A stretch of 52,392 bases of DNA from positions 141,780 through 194,171 of the IMG/VR virus record IMGVR_UViG_3300045988_103014; one strand, given 5' to 3'. The notes under the pieces were generated by a model, which ran no database searches, was not told the origin of the DNA, and saw nothing but the letters and a program-made list of their open reading frames with translations. A program made the translations under genes and the position numbers. The first letter of the stretch is position 1; every line of letters begins with the position of its first letter. Below are positions 29,702 through 37,099 of the stretch, piece after piece. Source of the stretch: a virus.

Positions 29702-30087
29702 TGTTTAGCAACAGACCTATTGTTGTATCAGCTGTTGGATTTGCTCGAATGGAATATAGTAGTGAATTTGAAAAAATGATGAAATCACAAGGCTATACAA
29801 ACCCATTTGTATTGCAGCGTCACGCAGCAAAGAGACTCTTTAAAGAGATAGATACTAAATCAGAACCGCAAGTACCTAAAAATGTTAAAACACTTCCGGT
29901 TGATGAATGGATATTAAAGCGAGATGAATATATTGCTCGCAAAGTATTTGAAGAATTTGGATGGGAGGAAGTACAATGGGATATCAGAACTAATCATCTT
30001 GAACACCTACTGGATGAATTAAAACCATGTGAAGACCCTATTGGTCAGTGTTCATTGTTCTGTAAATTTTTCCCTTGTGATAAATAA
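29701..30087 (+). CDS. hypothetical protein (128 aa)
   Basis: Translationally coupled to both neighbours. Confidence 0.45.
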   Translation: MFSNRPIVVSAVGFARMEYSSEFEKMMKSQGYTNPFVLQRHAAKRLFKEIDTKSEPQVPKNVKTLPVDEWILKRDEYIARKVFEEFGWEEVQWDIRTNHLEHLLDELKPCEDPIGQCSLFCKFFPCDK

Positions 30088-30888
30088 ATGAGACCAGAGG
30101 ATATTAAAGTACCAATGATATTAAAAGATATTAAAGAATTTACTGCTCAATGGAAAGCTTGTATGAAAGACTATATTGAGCGAATGGAAAAGAAGCCTGG
30201 GCTTGCAATCATTCAAGTCGGCGACGTTGAGGCCTCAAACCGATACGTCCGCAACAAGATTAAAGACTGTGAAGAAGTTGGAATTAAAACTCAATTATTC
30301 AAATTTCCTGAAGACATTTCAGACGTGGCTTTAATCTCACAGTTAAATATGATTGAGGAGAATGATGATTTTACAGGAGTATTTATTCAACTACCCCTGC
30401 CACAACACCTGCAAGGTATTGAAAAACTAATTGACCCCGCAAAAGATGTTGATGGTTTTACTCCAGATTCTGGATATACACCTTGCACACCTCTTGGTAT
30501 AGTCAAGTATTTAGACTATTGTGGTTTTAACTTGGACGGTAAAAATGTTCTTGTTATTGGCCGCAGTGATATCGTAGGTAAGCCAATGGCTCGTCTACTA
30601 TTAGATAGAAATGCAACAGTGACAGTTGCTCATAGCCATACAAAAAATCTTGACGCATTTATTTACACAGCAGATTTAATTGTATGTGCAGTTGGAAAAG
30701 CAAACTTTTTAAGCTGTGAAACAATCTATGTACCAGTTATTGATGTTGGCATCAATTTTGATGAAAATGGTAAATTAGTTGGTGATTGTTATAAAACTGA
30801 AAATCGAGATGTTACGCCGGTTCCCGGCGGTGTTGGACTACTCACCCGCTGTGCATTGCTTCACAATTTAGTAACTGGTATTTCATAA
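30088..30888 (+). CDS. folD: bifunctional 5,10-methylene-tetrahydrofolate dehydrogenase / cyclohydrolase (FolD) homologue
   Basis: 266 aa, collinear with bacterial FolD. Conserved YVRNKxKxCEEVG (catalytic Lys region), LPLPxHL, DVDGF, PCTPxGI, VIGRSxIVGKPMAxLL, ATVTxxHSxTKNL, DVGIN and PVPGGVG segments. Confidence 0.85.
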   Translation: MRPEDIKVPMILKDIKEFTAQWKACMKDYIERMEKKPGLAIIQVGDVEASNRYVRNKIKDCEEVGIKTQLFKFPEDISDVALISQLNMIEENDDFTGVFIQLPLPQHLQGIEKLIDPAKDVDGFTPDSGYTPCTPLGIVKYLDYCGFNLDGKNVLVIGRSDIVGKPMARLLLDRNATVTVAHSHTKNLDAFIYTADLIVCAVGKANFLSCETIYVPVIDVGINFDENGKLVGDCYKTENRDVTPVPGGVGLLTRCALLHNLVTGIS

Positions 30889-30904
30889 TAAGGAGGAATA
30901 GAAA

Positions 30905-31165
30905 ATGTTAAGACCAGAAAACGCAACTAGAAAGATTGACTCTCTTGGAAGAGTAACACTTCCTAAGGGAATGAGAGATAGAATGTTTATTGCCGACACA
31001 GATGAACTTGAGTTCTTTACAATGATGGCTGATGGAAGAGAATATATCTGTATGGCAAAAGTTAGCTCGGTAGACCCTAAGTATCTTGCAGCTCGCTCAG
31101 TACTTGAAGAGATGGGGGTTGAAATTCCGGAGAAGCTGGAAGCCGCATGTAATGGAGGTGAATAA
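30905..31165 (+). CDS. AbrB/MazE/SpoVT-type swapped-hairpin DNA-binding protein
   Basis: N-terminus RKIDSLGRVTLPKGMRDRMFIADTDELEFF matches the AbrB N-domain signature (VDELGRVVIPxELR...). RBS AAGGAGG. Confidence 0.65.
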   Translation: MLRPENATRKIDSLGRVTLPKGMRDRMFIADTDELEFFTMMADGREYICMAKVSSVDPKYLAARSVLEEMGVEIPEKLEAACNGGE

Positions 31166-31494
31166 TGGTACAAATGGATTCATTTACAATTAACCATTCA
31201 TGTGATACATGTATTCACTCAGAGGTTTGTCAGTATAAAACATATTTTAATGATATCGCCAGTCAGATTGAGGGAAAAGTTGATAATGTGTGTATGCCAG
31301 AAATTTTCAAAGTAAATATGGAATGCACAGCATGGGCAATGAAGTATTCAGTCCTTGCAAAAGATTGGGATGCTAAAGGTATCTTAACCACTACTGGACT
31401 ATATACTGGAGATAGTTTATATACTGTAAACCCAGTGACAACACTATGCGACACAAGTAAAGGAGAACCTAAACCACATGAGAAGAATTTATAA
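31165..31494 (+). CDS. hypothetical Cys-rich protein (109 aa)
   Basis: Coupled start (TAATG); multiple Cys/His residues. Confidence 0.4.
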   Translation: MVQMDSFTINHSCDTCIHSEVCQYKTYFNDIASQIEGKVDNVCMPEIFKVNMECTAWAMKYSVLAKDWDAKGILTTTGLYTGDSLYTVNPVTTLCDTSKGEPKPHEKNL

Positions 31495-31903
31495 ATATCA
31501 GTTGATGGAAGCAGAATGCATCACTGCAAGAATTGAAAAATTTTTACATCTTGATTATCAAGATGGTATTCCTACCGTATGGGCTATTATGAATGACGAC
31601 TATCCTGAAGTTACTTATAAAATTGTGGTTCAGGGAACTGGTTGGGATATGCCTAATGACTTAGATGAGTCAACCTATATTGGAACTCTCCAAGCAGGAT
31701 TTTTTGTATGGCATTATTTTGCAGTACCAGACCGCAGAGTCCGTGAATATCAAAAAGTTTATAATGATTATTCAAAAGACATCTATGATAATTTCAAAGA
31801 TAAAGATTTTGAAATTGATATGGAACAGGCAATTCAGTACAATGAAGCATTTCAGAATGTGCTTCGTCAGATTATAGAAAAGTCGCCCGTAGCAATGCAC
31901 TAA
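31478..31903 (+). CDS. hypothetical protein (141 aa)
   Basis: Complete ORF in the operon; no motif assigned. Confidence 0.4.
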   Translation: MRRIYKYQLMEAECITARIEKFLHLDYQDGIPTVWAIMNDDYPEVTYKIVVQGTGWDMPNDLDESTYIGTLQAGFFVWHYFAVPDRRVREYQKVYNDYSKDIYDNFKDKDFEIDMEQAIQYNEAFQNVLRQIIEKSPVAMH

Positions 31904-32196
31904 TGGACATTGCAATTATCTGTTCTCCAGGATTGGAGAATATTGAACTGATTGATGACACCATTATGAAGTGGATGTCAGATAATGATATTTGGTTGGT
32001 AGGTGTAGTTTGTGGTAAACCCACTTCCGCGGGCGCAAAGTGGGCAAGCCGCAGAGGCGCACCAATAAAGTATTCTGGTGTTTGGGAGGCAGATTTTATA
32101 TTTGCCTTCGACACCGGAGTTGACTATTCAGTAAAAAATTTCGTTTCGCAAATGAAGAATAGGGGTAAGCATGGTAGATATATACAAGTTAGTTGA
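31903..32196 (+). CDS. degenerate SLOG/DprA-like Rossmann-fold protein (paralogue of 32828..33172)
   Basis: VGVVCGKPTSAGAKWASRRGAPIKYSGVWE aligns with IVCGGARGADSLGEKWGIANGVPIKYFFPKWE of the downstream paralogue. Confidence 0.4.
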   Translation: MDIAIICSPGLENIELIDDTIMKWMSDNDIWLVGVVCGKPTSAGAKWASRRGAPIKYSGVWEADFIFAFDTGVDYSVKNFVSQMKNRGKHGRYIQVS

Positions 32197-32419
32197 GCCG
32201 CAATATGGCGATATGATTATTGTTGAAGTCGACATGAGTGATGATTCGTGGCTAGATATCGAGACTGTTCAAAAGATACATCAACATATCCAACGACAGT
32301 TCCCTTTTAATTCCGTTATCACAGTCCCTAATTATTTCTCATTAGATTTATATTCAAAAGAAGAGGCTATCAAATATTTGGAAGACCTTCTTCAAAAGAT
32401 TAGAGAGGAGAAGTTATAA
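32171..32419 (+). CDS. hypothetical protein (82 aa)
   Basis: Complete ORF with RBS AGGGGTAAG. Confidence 0.35.
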   Translation: MVDIYKLVEPQYGDMIIVEVDMSDDSWLDIETVQKIHQHIQRQFPFNSVITVPNYFSLDLYSKEEAIKYLEDLLQKIREEKL

Positions 32420-32640
32420 TGCAGGTTACAGAAAAGAAATACAACCAGACTACTACTTTTGGTAAGCTGAAGCCAGGTGACACATTCAAATATGCAAATA
32501 CAGTTTGGATGAAAACCGAGAATGTAAGTAATATGCAGACAAAGATTAACGCAGTTGTTTTGACTACTGGAACTTTTGACCAGTATTTCAAAGACACAGA
32601 TACTGTTGGTGTAATCACAGGTAGCTTTGTGGAGGGTTAA
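32419..32640 (+). CDS. hypothetical protein (73 aa)
   Basis: Coupled start (TAATG). Confidence 0.35.
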   Translation: MQVTEKKYNQTTTFGKLKPGDTFKYANTVWMKTENVSNMQTKINAVVLTTGTFDQYFKDTDTVGVITGSFVEG

Positions 32641-32643
32641 TTT

Positions 32644-32919
32644 ATGGAACCGGTGTCAGTAATACGAAAAACAGAATATCAAGTTGGCGATTTTAATCGA
32701 GAGTCTATTATTCATAACTTTTATTGCGGACATTGTCAGGCAAAAGTTGAAAAGTATCACAAGTATTGCTGGCACTGTGGTTACATGTTGCCAGATAACT
32801 TTGTAAAGAAATTAGGGGGCGATACTTGTGAGATACATAATAGCGGGGAGCCGCAATTTCTCGGATTACTCACTTATGGACGCGACGCTCAAATCATTGA
32901 ACATATCGAGCAACGATGA
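32644..32919 (+). CDS. zinc-ribbon protein (CGHC...CWHCG)
   Basis: Four-Cys motif. The 3' 92 nt overlap the next gene in another frame; the true C-terminus is uncertain. Confidence 0.4.
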   Translation: MEPVSVIRKTEYQVGDFNRESIIHNFYCGHCQAKVEKYHKYCWHCGYMLPDNFVKKLGGDTCEIHNSGEPQFLGLLTYGRDAQIIEHIEQR

Positions 32920-33172
32920 AATAGTTTGTGGAGGAGCCCGTGGTGCGGATTCACTTGGTGAAAAATGGGGTATAGCAAATGGAGTCCCTATAAAATATTT
33001 TTTCCCGAAATGGGAAGAATTTGGCAAAGCCGCAGGACACATCCGAAATGCTGAAATGGCTGAGTACGGCGACTTCTTGGTCGCGTTCTGGGATGGGCAG
33101 AGTCGGGGAACCGCAAACATGATACAAGCAATGAAAAGGAAGAAGAAGCATGGAAAAGTCGTCCGTTATTAA
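32828..33172 (+). CDS. SLOG-superfamily (DprA/LOG-like; DUF2493-like) protein
   Basis: GTG start with GGGGG Shine-Dalgarno. Motif IIAGSRNF...VCGGARGADSLGEKWG typical of the Rossmannoid SLOG/DprA nucleotide-binding fold. Confidence 0.55.
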   Translation: MRYIIAGSRNFSDYSLMDATLKSLNISSNDEIVCGGARGADSLGEKWGIANGVPIKYFFPKWEEFGKAAGHIRNAEMAEYGDFLVAFWDGQSRGTANMIQAMKRKKKHGKVVRY

Positions 33173-33461
33173 ATTTATTGAAGGCATGACAAAAGGACAC
33201 GAAGCCGCAATGGATGAAGTGTTCGCGCATGGTTATTGCTACTGGTTTGCCAAAATCCTCGAACTTCGGTTTGATGGCGAAATGTGGTATTTGCCAGTAG
33301 AAAACCATTGGGTTACCAAAATTGGTGACCACTTTTTTGATGTTAATGGAGAATATGAGGTTGGAGATGGTATCATAGGTACCTGGCACGGAGTCGCGCA
33401 AGAAGACCCTCTATTGGCAGAACGATTGAGAAGAGATTGTATTCTAAAAGAGGAGGTATAG
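33150..33461 (+). CDS. hypothetical protein (103 aa)
   Basis: Complete ORF; overlaps the upstream gene by 23 nt. Confidence 0.35.
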   Translation: MEKSSVIKFIEGMTKGHEAAMDEVFAHGYCYWFAKILELRFDGEMWYLPVENHWVTKIGDHFFDVNGEYEVGDGIIGTWHGVAQEDPLLAERLRRDCILKEEV

Positions 33462-33465
33462 TGAA

Positions 33466-34101
33466 ATGATTTATACCAGTTATTTCGCGCAAATGCGCAA
33501 TTTTCCCGTAAACTTCATACCAATAGCAATCTGCGGCGGCATACCAAAATGGTACAATGGTTTATGGTATAAGAAGGTCGCACCAAAGTGGGCTTTCTTT
33601 TCGCAATGGAAACAAACGCATGATGATGAATATTATGTAGAACATTTTAATAGAGAAGTATTGCAACCGCACGAGCCGCAAAGATTTTTGAACGAGATTC
33701 AGCTTTTGGTTCCAGAAGAGATTAGAGCTGGTATGGCAGAACCAGTTTGGCAAAGTAAGAATGTTCATGTCGTGTTGCTTTGCTATGAAAAGCGAGGTGA
33801 TTTCTGCCACCGACATTTAGTTAGTAAATGGGTCAACGACTGGGCGGGCAAAGACCTTATCCAGGAGTGGATTCCAGAAGCAGTGGAAGAAAGGGTTATC
33901 ACTGAAGATGAGTATCAGAAAGCAAAACAGTCCTTTGCCAATGGCGGCGAAGATGGCACAATTGAGCAAAGCGAACGAGATACGGAAATACCAGAAGACA
34001 GTGCAAGCACAGATTGCGGCGGTCACCAAGTCGATTCTCACAGCGACGAAACTGGGGGAGTTTTCGACGGGAGCATTGGATTTGTTGCCGGAGACAATTA
34101 A
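33466..34101 (+). CDS. DUF488 family protein with acidic C-terminal extension
   Basis: MIYTSYFAQMRNFP...PIAICGGIPKWYNG...VAPK...VVLLCYEKRGDFCHRHLVSKWV matches the DUF488 pattern (IYTSYFA ... LLCYEK...CHRRLVAEWL). The C-terminal ~85 aa are low-complexity and overlapped by a +1-frame ORF. Confidence 0.65.
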   Translation: MIYTSYFAQMRNFPVNFIPIAICGGIPKWYNGLWYKKVAPKWAFFSQWKQTHDDEYYVEHFNREVLQPHEPQRFLNEIQLLVPEEIRAGMAEPVWQSKNVHVVLLCYEKRGDFCHRHLVSKWVNDWAGKDLIQEWIPEAVEERVITEDEYQKAKQSFANGGEDGTIEQSERDTEIPEDSASTDCGGHQVDSHSDETGGVFDGSIGFVAGDN

Positions 34102-34201
34102 ACATTTAGAAGCACATGGGTATACTGTGAGTGAAAGAAATAAAGGTGCTGGTGATTACGAGATTAGTTGGCGTGAACAATATAAGGTTAATCCATCGTA
34201 A
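33908..34201 (+). CDS. overlapping +1-frame ORF (97 aa); helix-rich, uncertain
   Basis: Protein-like sequence (…LPETIKHLEAHGYTVSERNKGAGDYEISWREQYKVNPS) that extends 100 nt beyond the DUF488 ORF. No convincing RBS. Confidence 0.25.
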   Translation: MSIRKQNSPLPMAAKMAQLSKANEIRKYQKTVQAQIAAVTKSILTATKLGEFSTGALDLLPETIKHLEAHGYTVSERNKGAGDYEISWREQYKVNPS

Positions 34202-34588
34202 TCCGAAATCGAAATACGACTTGGTGGGAATTTTGCCCAGGTCATAATGATTTTCATTTTGAAAAAAATTTTTTTCCCGAAATACTACCCCCTAACAACC
34301 AGGACAATAGCTTTCGGAGTCAGCTGATAAAAATACTGTAAGTACGGCACATACACAGAGCCTTGGCGGCGCGTTGTCGATTGCGATGCGCCGTGTTTAT
34401 CAATAGAAAGGCACTACAACAATTTTGTGCGCAACACTAACACACAACACAAGCACAAAGCTTTCCTAAAAGTCTTTGTGCAATTTGCACAAACACACAC
34501 AACAATCTTTGTACATTATTACTATAGACAACACACAAGAGCTATGGTATACTTTAATTACAGTAAAGGAAAGAGAGAGGTAACAAAG

Positions 34589-34831
34589 ATGATTAAGATA
34601 GAATGTTATGAAGCAAAGACAGCACAGTGTGGTAGCGACTACTTCAATGGTGGTAGAGGTTGCGCTATGGAGTACAAGGTAGAGCACTTCTACACAGAAG
34701 AGGAAGCACAGAGGGCTTGTGCTACAGAGAGAGCAAAGGTTGCTAAAGAGATGGCTTGGTGTGATTGGTGGGTAAAGAAGTACATCACTGATGAGCACTA
34801 CACAGTAGCAAGGGTAGTAGTTACAGTGTAG
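34589..34831 (+). CDS. hypothetical small protein (80 aa)
   Basis: GAGAGAGG 8 nt upstream of the ATG; own promoter (TAGACA-17-TATACT at ~34525-34553); flanked by CA-rich tracts. Confidence 0.5.
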   Translation: MIKIECYEAKTAQCGSDYFNGGRGCAMEYKVEHFYTEEEAQRACATERAKVAKEMAWCDWWVKKYITDEHYTVARVVVTV

Positions 34832-34857
34832 GGTAAAAGGCTTAGGCACAAAGCCTA

Positions 34858-34960
34858 AGCACACACAACAACAAACACACAACACTAACAATACATACAA
34901 CAACAAAGACACACACAACACAAAGAGATAGTCAAACACACACATCAACAATACACAAAG
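34858..34960 (+). repeat. CA-only low-complexity tract (~100 nt of A and C)
   Basis: ACACACAACAACAAACACACAACACTAACAATACATACAACAACAAAGACACACACAACACAAAG... after hairpin GGCTTAGGC-ACAAA-GCCTAAGC. Similar shorter tracts at 34431-34460, 34489-34540 and 35285-35310. Confidence 0.6.
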
Positions 34961-34990
34961 ACTTATTGTTGTAATGTTATAACAAAGGTA

Positions 34991-35019
34991 TTGACAAGGT
35001 CTTCACAGTGTGTTATAAT
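34991..35019 (+). promoter_or_regulatory. promoter for 35057 gene
   Basis: TTGACA-17-TATAAT after a CA-rich tract. Confidence 0.5.
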
Positions 35020-35056
35020 AAGTATGTATTAAGAGAAAGGAAGAGAGGGATTAACA

Positions 35057-35284
35057 ATGTACAAGACAGAGGTAGCAACAAAGAAGATGTATGGTTATGT
35101 GCATTTGTCTATGGAGAACACACCTTCTAATGCTGTAGAGTTAGCAGCAGCGTGGGGGTTGTATAGTAGAAGAAGATGGCGAGAGACTTATTGGATAAAA
35201 GGTGACGACATAACCTTTAGGTTTAAGAGAAGCACCTTCAAGGAATGGTTAGAGATTGTGAAGAGTGTCACAGAGGACAAGTAA
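35057..35284 (+). CDS. hypothetical small protein (75 aa)
   Basis: Own promoter at 34991-35019 (TTGACA-17-TATAAT); RBS AAGAGAGGG. Confidence 0.5.
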   Translation: MYKTEVATKKMYGYVHLSMENTPSNAVELAAAWGLYSRRRWRETYWIKGDDITFRFKRSTFKEWLEIVKSVTEDK

Positions 35285-35465
35285 TACACACAGCATCATG
35301 ATACACACAAGGTATGTCATGGTGCTGTTTTTGTCGTGGACGAGCCTAGTTGGCGTAGGGAGGGAGGCACGCAGAAAAGCTTGCAAAGAGTTGTACAATA
35401 AAAGGCTTGACAAACTTCCTATAAATGTGTTATAATAAACACAGTAAGAAAGGAAGTGTTAAGTA

Positions 35466-35630
35466 ATGATAGAAGTACAAAGAAAAGGTTACTATGTTAT
35501 ACAAGAGAGAAAGACACACTATGTTATTACAACAGTTGAAGGAACAGTGTTTGAGAGAACAGTTACACAGACACAGTTAAGAGCAATAATGAAAGAGATA
35601 AAAATTCGTAGTGTAAAAATTAAGAAATAA
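35466..35630 (+). CDS. hypothetical small protein (54 aa)
   Basis: Own promoter at ~35407-35436; RBS AAAGGAAG; absent from the >=60-aa ORF track. Confidence 0.35.
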   Translation: MIEVQRKGYYVIQERKTHYVITTVEGTVFERTVTQTQLRAIMKEIKIRSVKIKK

Positions 35631-35634
35631 ACTA

Positions 35635-35663
35635 TTGACAAATTGTAAAAAAAATGGTATTAT
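35635..35663 (+). promoter_or_regulatory. promoter for 35705 gene
   Basis: TTGACA-17-TGgTATTAT. Confidence 0.5.
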
Positions 35664-35704
35664 AATTATAGAAAGAGAAAAGAAATTTAAGTGAGGTGCT
35701 TGCC

Positions 35705-36010
35705 ATGATGAAAGAATACCAAGTAACATTACTCGACAAGGAAGGTCACTACAAGCCTGTTAGCACCATTGTAAGGATGGAAGAGACAACAGACAAAAAA
35801 GCGATTCTAAGAGAAGGTCAAAGAAAGATAATGATAAAACGTTATTGGACAATGAGTGACTTGAAGCGCTACGGATACACCACAGCAAAGGTACGAGAGT
35901 ACGACAAGGAGAAGATAGCCCAGGAGAATGCGGCGAGATACGAGGCGATTAAGGAAGCCAAGTACGCAAGTGGAGAATGGAAGCGTCCAAAAGGTAAGAA
36001 GGGAGAGTAA
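35705..36010 (+). CDS. hypothetical basic protein (101 aa)
   Basis: Track ORF 35696..36010 begins at GTG; ATG 35705 lies 8 nt after AGTGAGG. Own promoter at 35635-35663. Confidence 0.5.
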   Translation: MMKEYQVTLLDKEGHYKPVSTIVRMEETTDKKAILREGQRKIMIKRYWTMSDLKRYGYTTAKVREYDKEKIAQENAARYEAIKEAKYASGEWKRPKGKKGE

Positions 36011-36069
36011 TCTCCCTTTGAAAAAATCCATTCGCACGCGCGCCGGCGACTGTGGCGCGCGTTATTTTC

Positions 36070-36151
36070 AGCTATTGGCAGTCTGCACAAAAATCTCCGG
36101 CGAATTTTGTGCAAAATTACCTGTTGACATTATCCCGAAATGGTGCTATAA
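36070..36151 (+). promoter_or_regulatory. operator-promoter module 1 (drives Pnk-like kinase gene)
   Basis: TGCACAAA (36084) - 14 nt - TTTTGTGCA (36105), then TTGACA 36124, spacer with ATCCCGAAAT, TATAAT 36146. Confidence 0.55.
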
Positions 36152-36183
36152 TAATTATAGTAAATGAGAGAGAGGTAATGACT

Positions 36184-36615
36184 ATGAGTACAATGTTCGT
36201 AACAATCGGAATGCCTGGATGTGGTAAGAGCACTTGGGCACAGACTAAAAACGCAAGAGTGATTTCATCTGACGCAATTCGCGAAGAGATGTTCGGAGAT
36301 GAAGCAATTCAGGGCGACCCTCGCAAGGTATTCGCAGAGGTTTACAAGAGACTTGCACAGGCTCTCATTGATGATGTGGATGTAATCTTTGACGCAACCA
36401 ACCTCGACTACAAGAGAGCAAAAGCAATCGAAATGTGCTACGAAATGGATTGCGAATGTGTTGCCGTTTACTTTGATGTAGACGCACAGACTTGCATTGA
36501 GAGACAGAACATGCGTTCTCGCAAAGTTCCTGCGTCAGTTATTCGCAGAATGTCTCATCAGTTAGTTGTTCCTTACCTCGAAGAGGGTTGGACACGAATT
36601 GAAAAAGTTTCGTAA
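36184..36615 (+). CDS. polynucleotide 5'-kinase (T4 Pnk kinase-domain homologue, P-loop NTPase)
   Basis: MSTMFVTIGMPGCGKSTWA... (Walker A), DATNLDYKR and VPASVIRRM segments align with the T4 Pnk kinase domain (LTIGCPGSGKSTWA ... ISDTNLNPERR ... VPIDVLRSM). The second ATG, 8 nt after GAGAGG, is the start. Confidence 0.8.
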   Translation: MSTMFVTIGMPGCGKSTWAQTKNARVISSDAIREEMFGDEAIQGDPRKVFAEVYKRLAQALIDDVDVIFDATNLDYKRAKAIEMCYEMDCECVAVYFDVDAQTCIERQNMRSRKVPASVIRRMSHQLVVPYLEEGWTRIEKVS

Positions 36616-36622
36616 AAGGGGG

Positions 36623-36651
36623 TTGACAAACACCCCTTTCGGTGCTATAAT
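36623..36651 (+). promoter_or_regulatory. hairpin-embedded promoter for 36684 gene
   Basis: TTGACA lies in the loop of GGGGG...CCCC; 17-nt spacer; TATAAT. Positions were confirmed by the TTG-start ORF in the track. Confidence 0.6.
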
Positions 36652-36683
36652 TAACTTATCAAATGAAAGAGAGGAAATGAAAA

Positions 36684-37022
36684 ATGTTTACAATAATTGC
36701 TTTAATAATCGCAATGATAATGAATGGAGTACCAACAGAGAACCTCAATGAAGTCAAGGTGTACAGTGACACAATGTGCGTTGTTGATGTAAACTACGCA
36801 GAGGACATTGTAACAATCGCAGACTTTAATGGATTTGAATTTCAGTTCGAGGGTTGTGAGGATTGGCTTGAGGGGGACCTTTGCTCTGTGACAATGTGCG
36901 ACAATGGAACAGAAAAAATCTTTGATGATGTAATCCTTGGCACAAGATACAGTGGTTGGGTTGAACAATGGGGTTTTGACATCGAAAGCAATGAGTATTT
37001 ATACTATTTTGATTTTGATTAA
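36684..37022 (+). CDS. hypothetical protein with N-terminal hydrophobic segment (112 aa)
   Basis: MFTIIALIIAMIMNG... signal/TM-like N-terminus; own hairpin-embedded promoter at 36623-36651. Confidence 0.45.
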   Translation: MFTIIALIIAMIMNGVPTENLNEVKVYSDTMCVVDVNYAEDIVTIADFNGFEFQFEGCEDWLEGDLCSVTMCDNGTEKIFDDVILGTRYSGWVEQWGFDIESNEYLYYFDFD

Positions 37023-37040
37023 AAAATTCAAAAAAAGGGG

Positions 37041-37069
37041 TTGACAAGTTCAACCCCATCTGTTATAAT
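37041..37069 (+). promoter_or_regulatory. hairpin-embedded promoter for 2H phosphoesterase gene
   Basis: GGGGTTGACAAGTTCAACCCC (8-bp stem) - TATAAT. Confidence 0.55.
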
Positions 37070-37099
37070 TAAATCATCAAAGAGAGAGAGGTAGATAAA

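Noticed and set aside
34466-34951. 161-aa Cys/Leu/Val-rich ORF on the minus strand
   Set aside because: It is antisense to the CA-only tracts (a GT-rich complement translates to C/V/L runs). It has no RBS and overlaps a plus-strand gene with proper signals. Compositional artefact.
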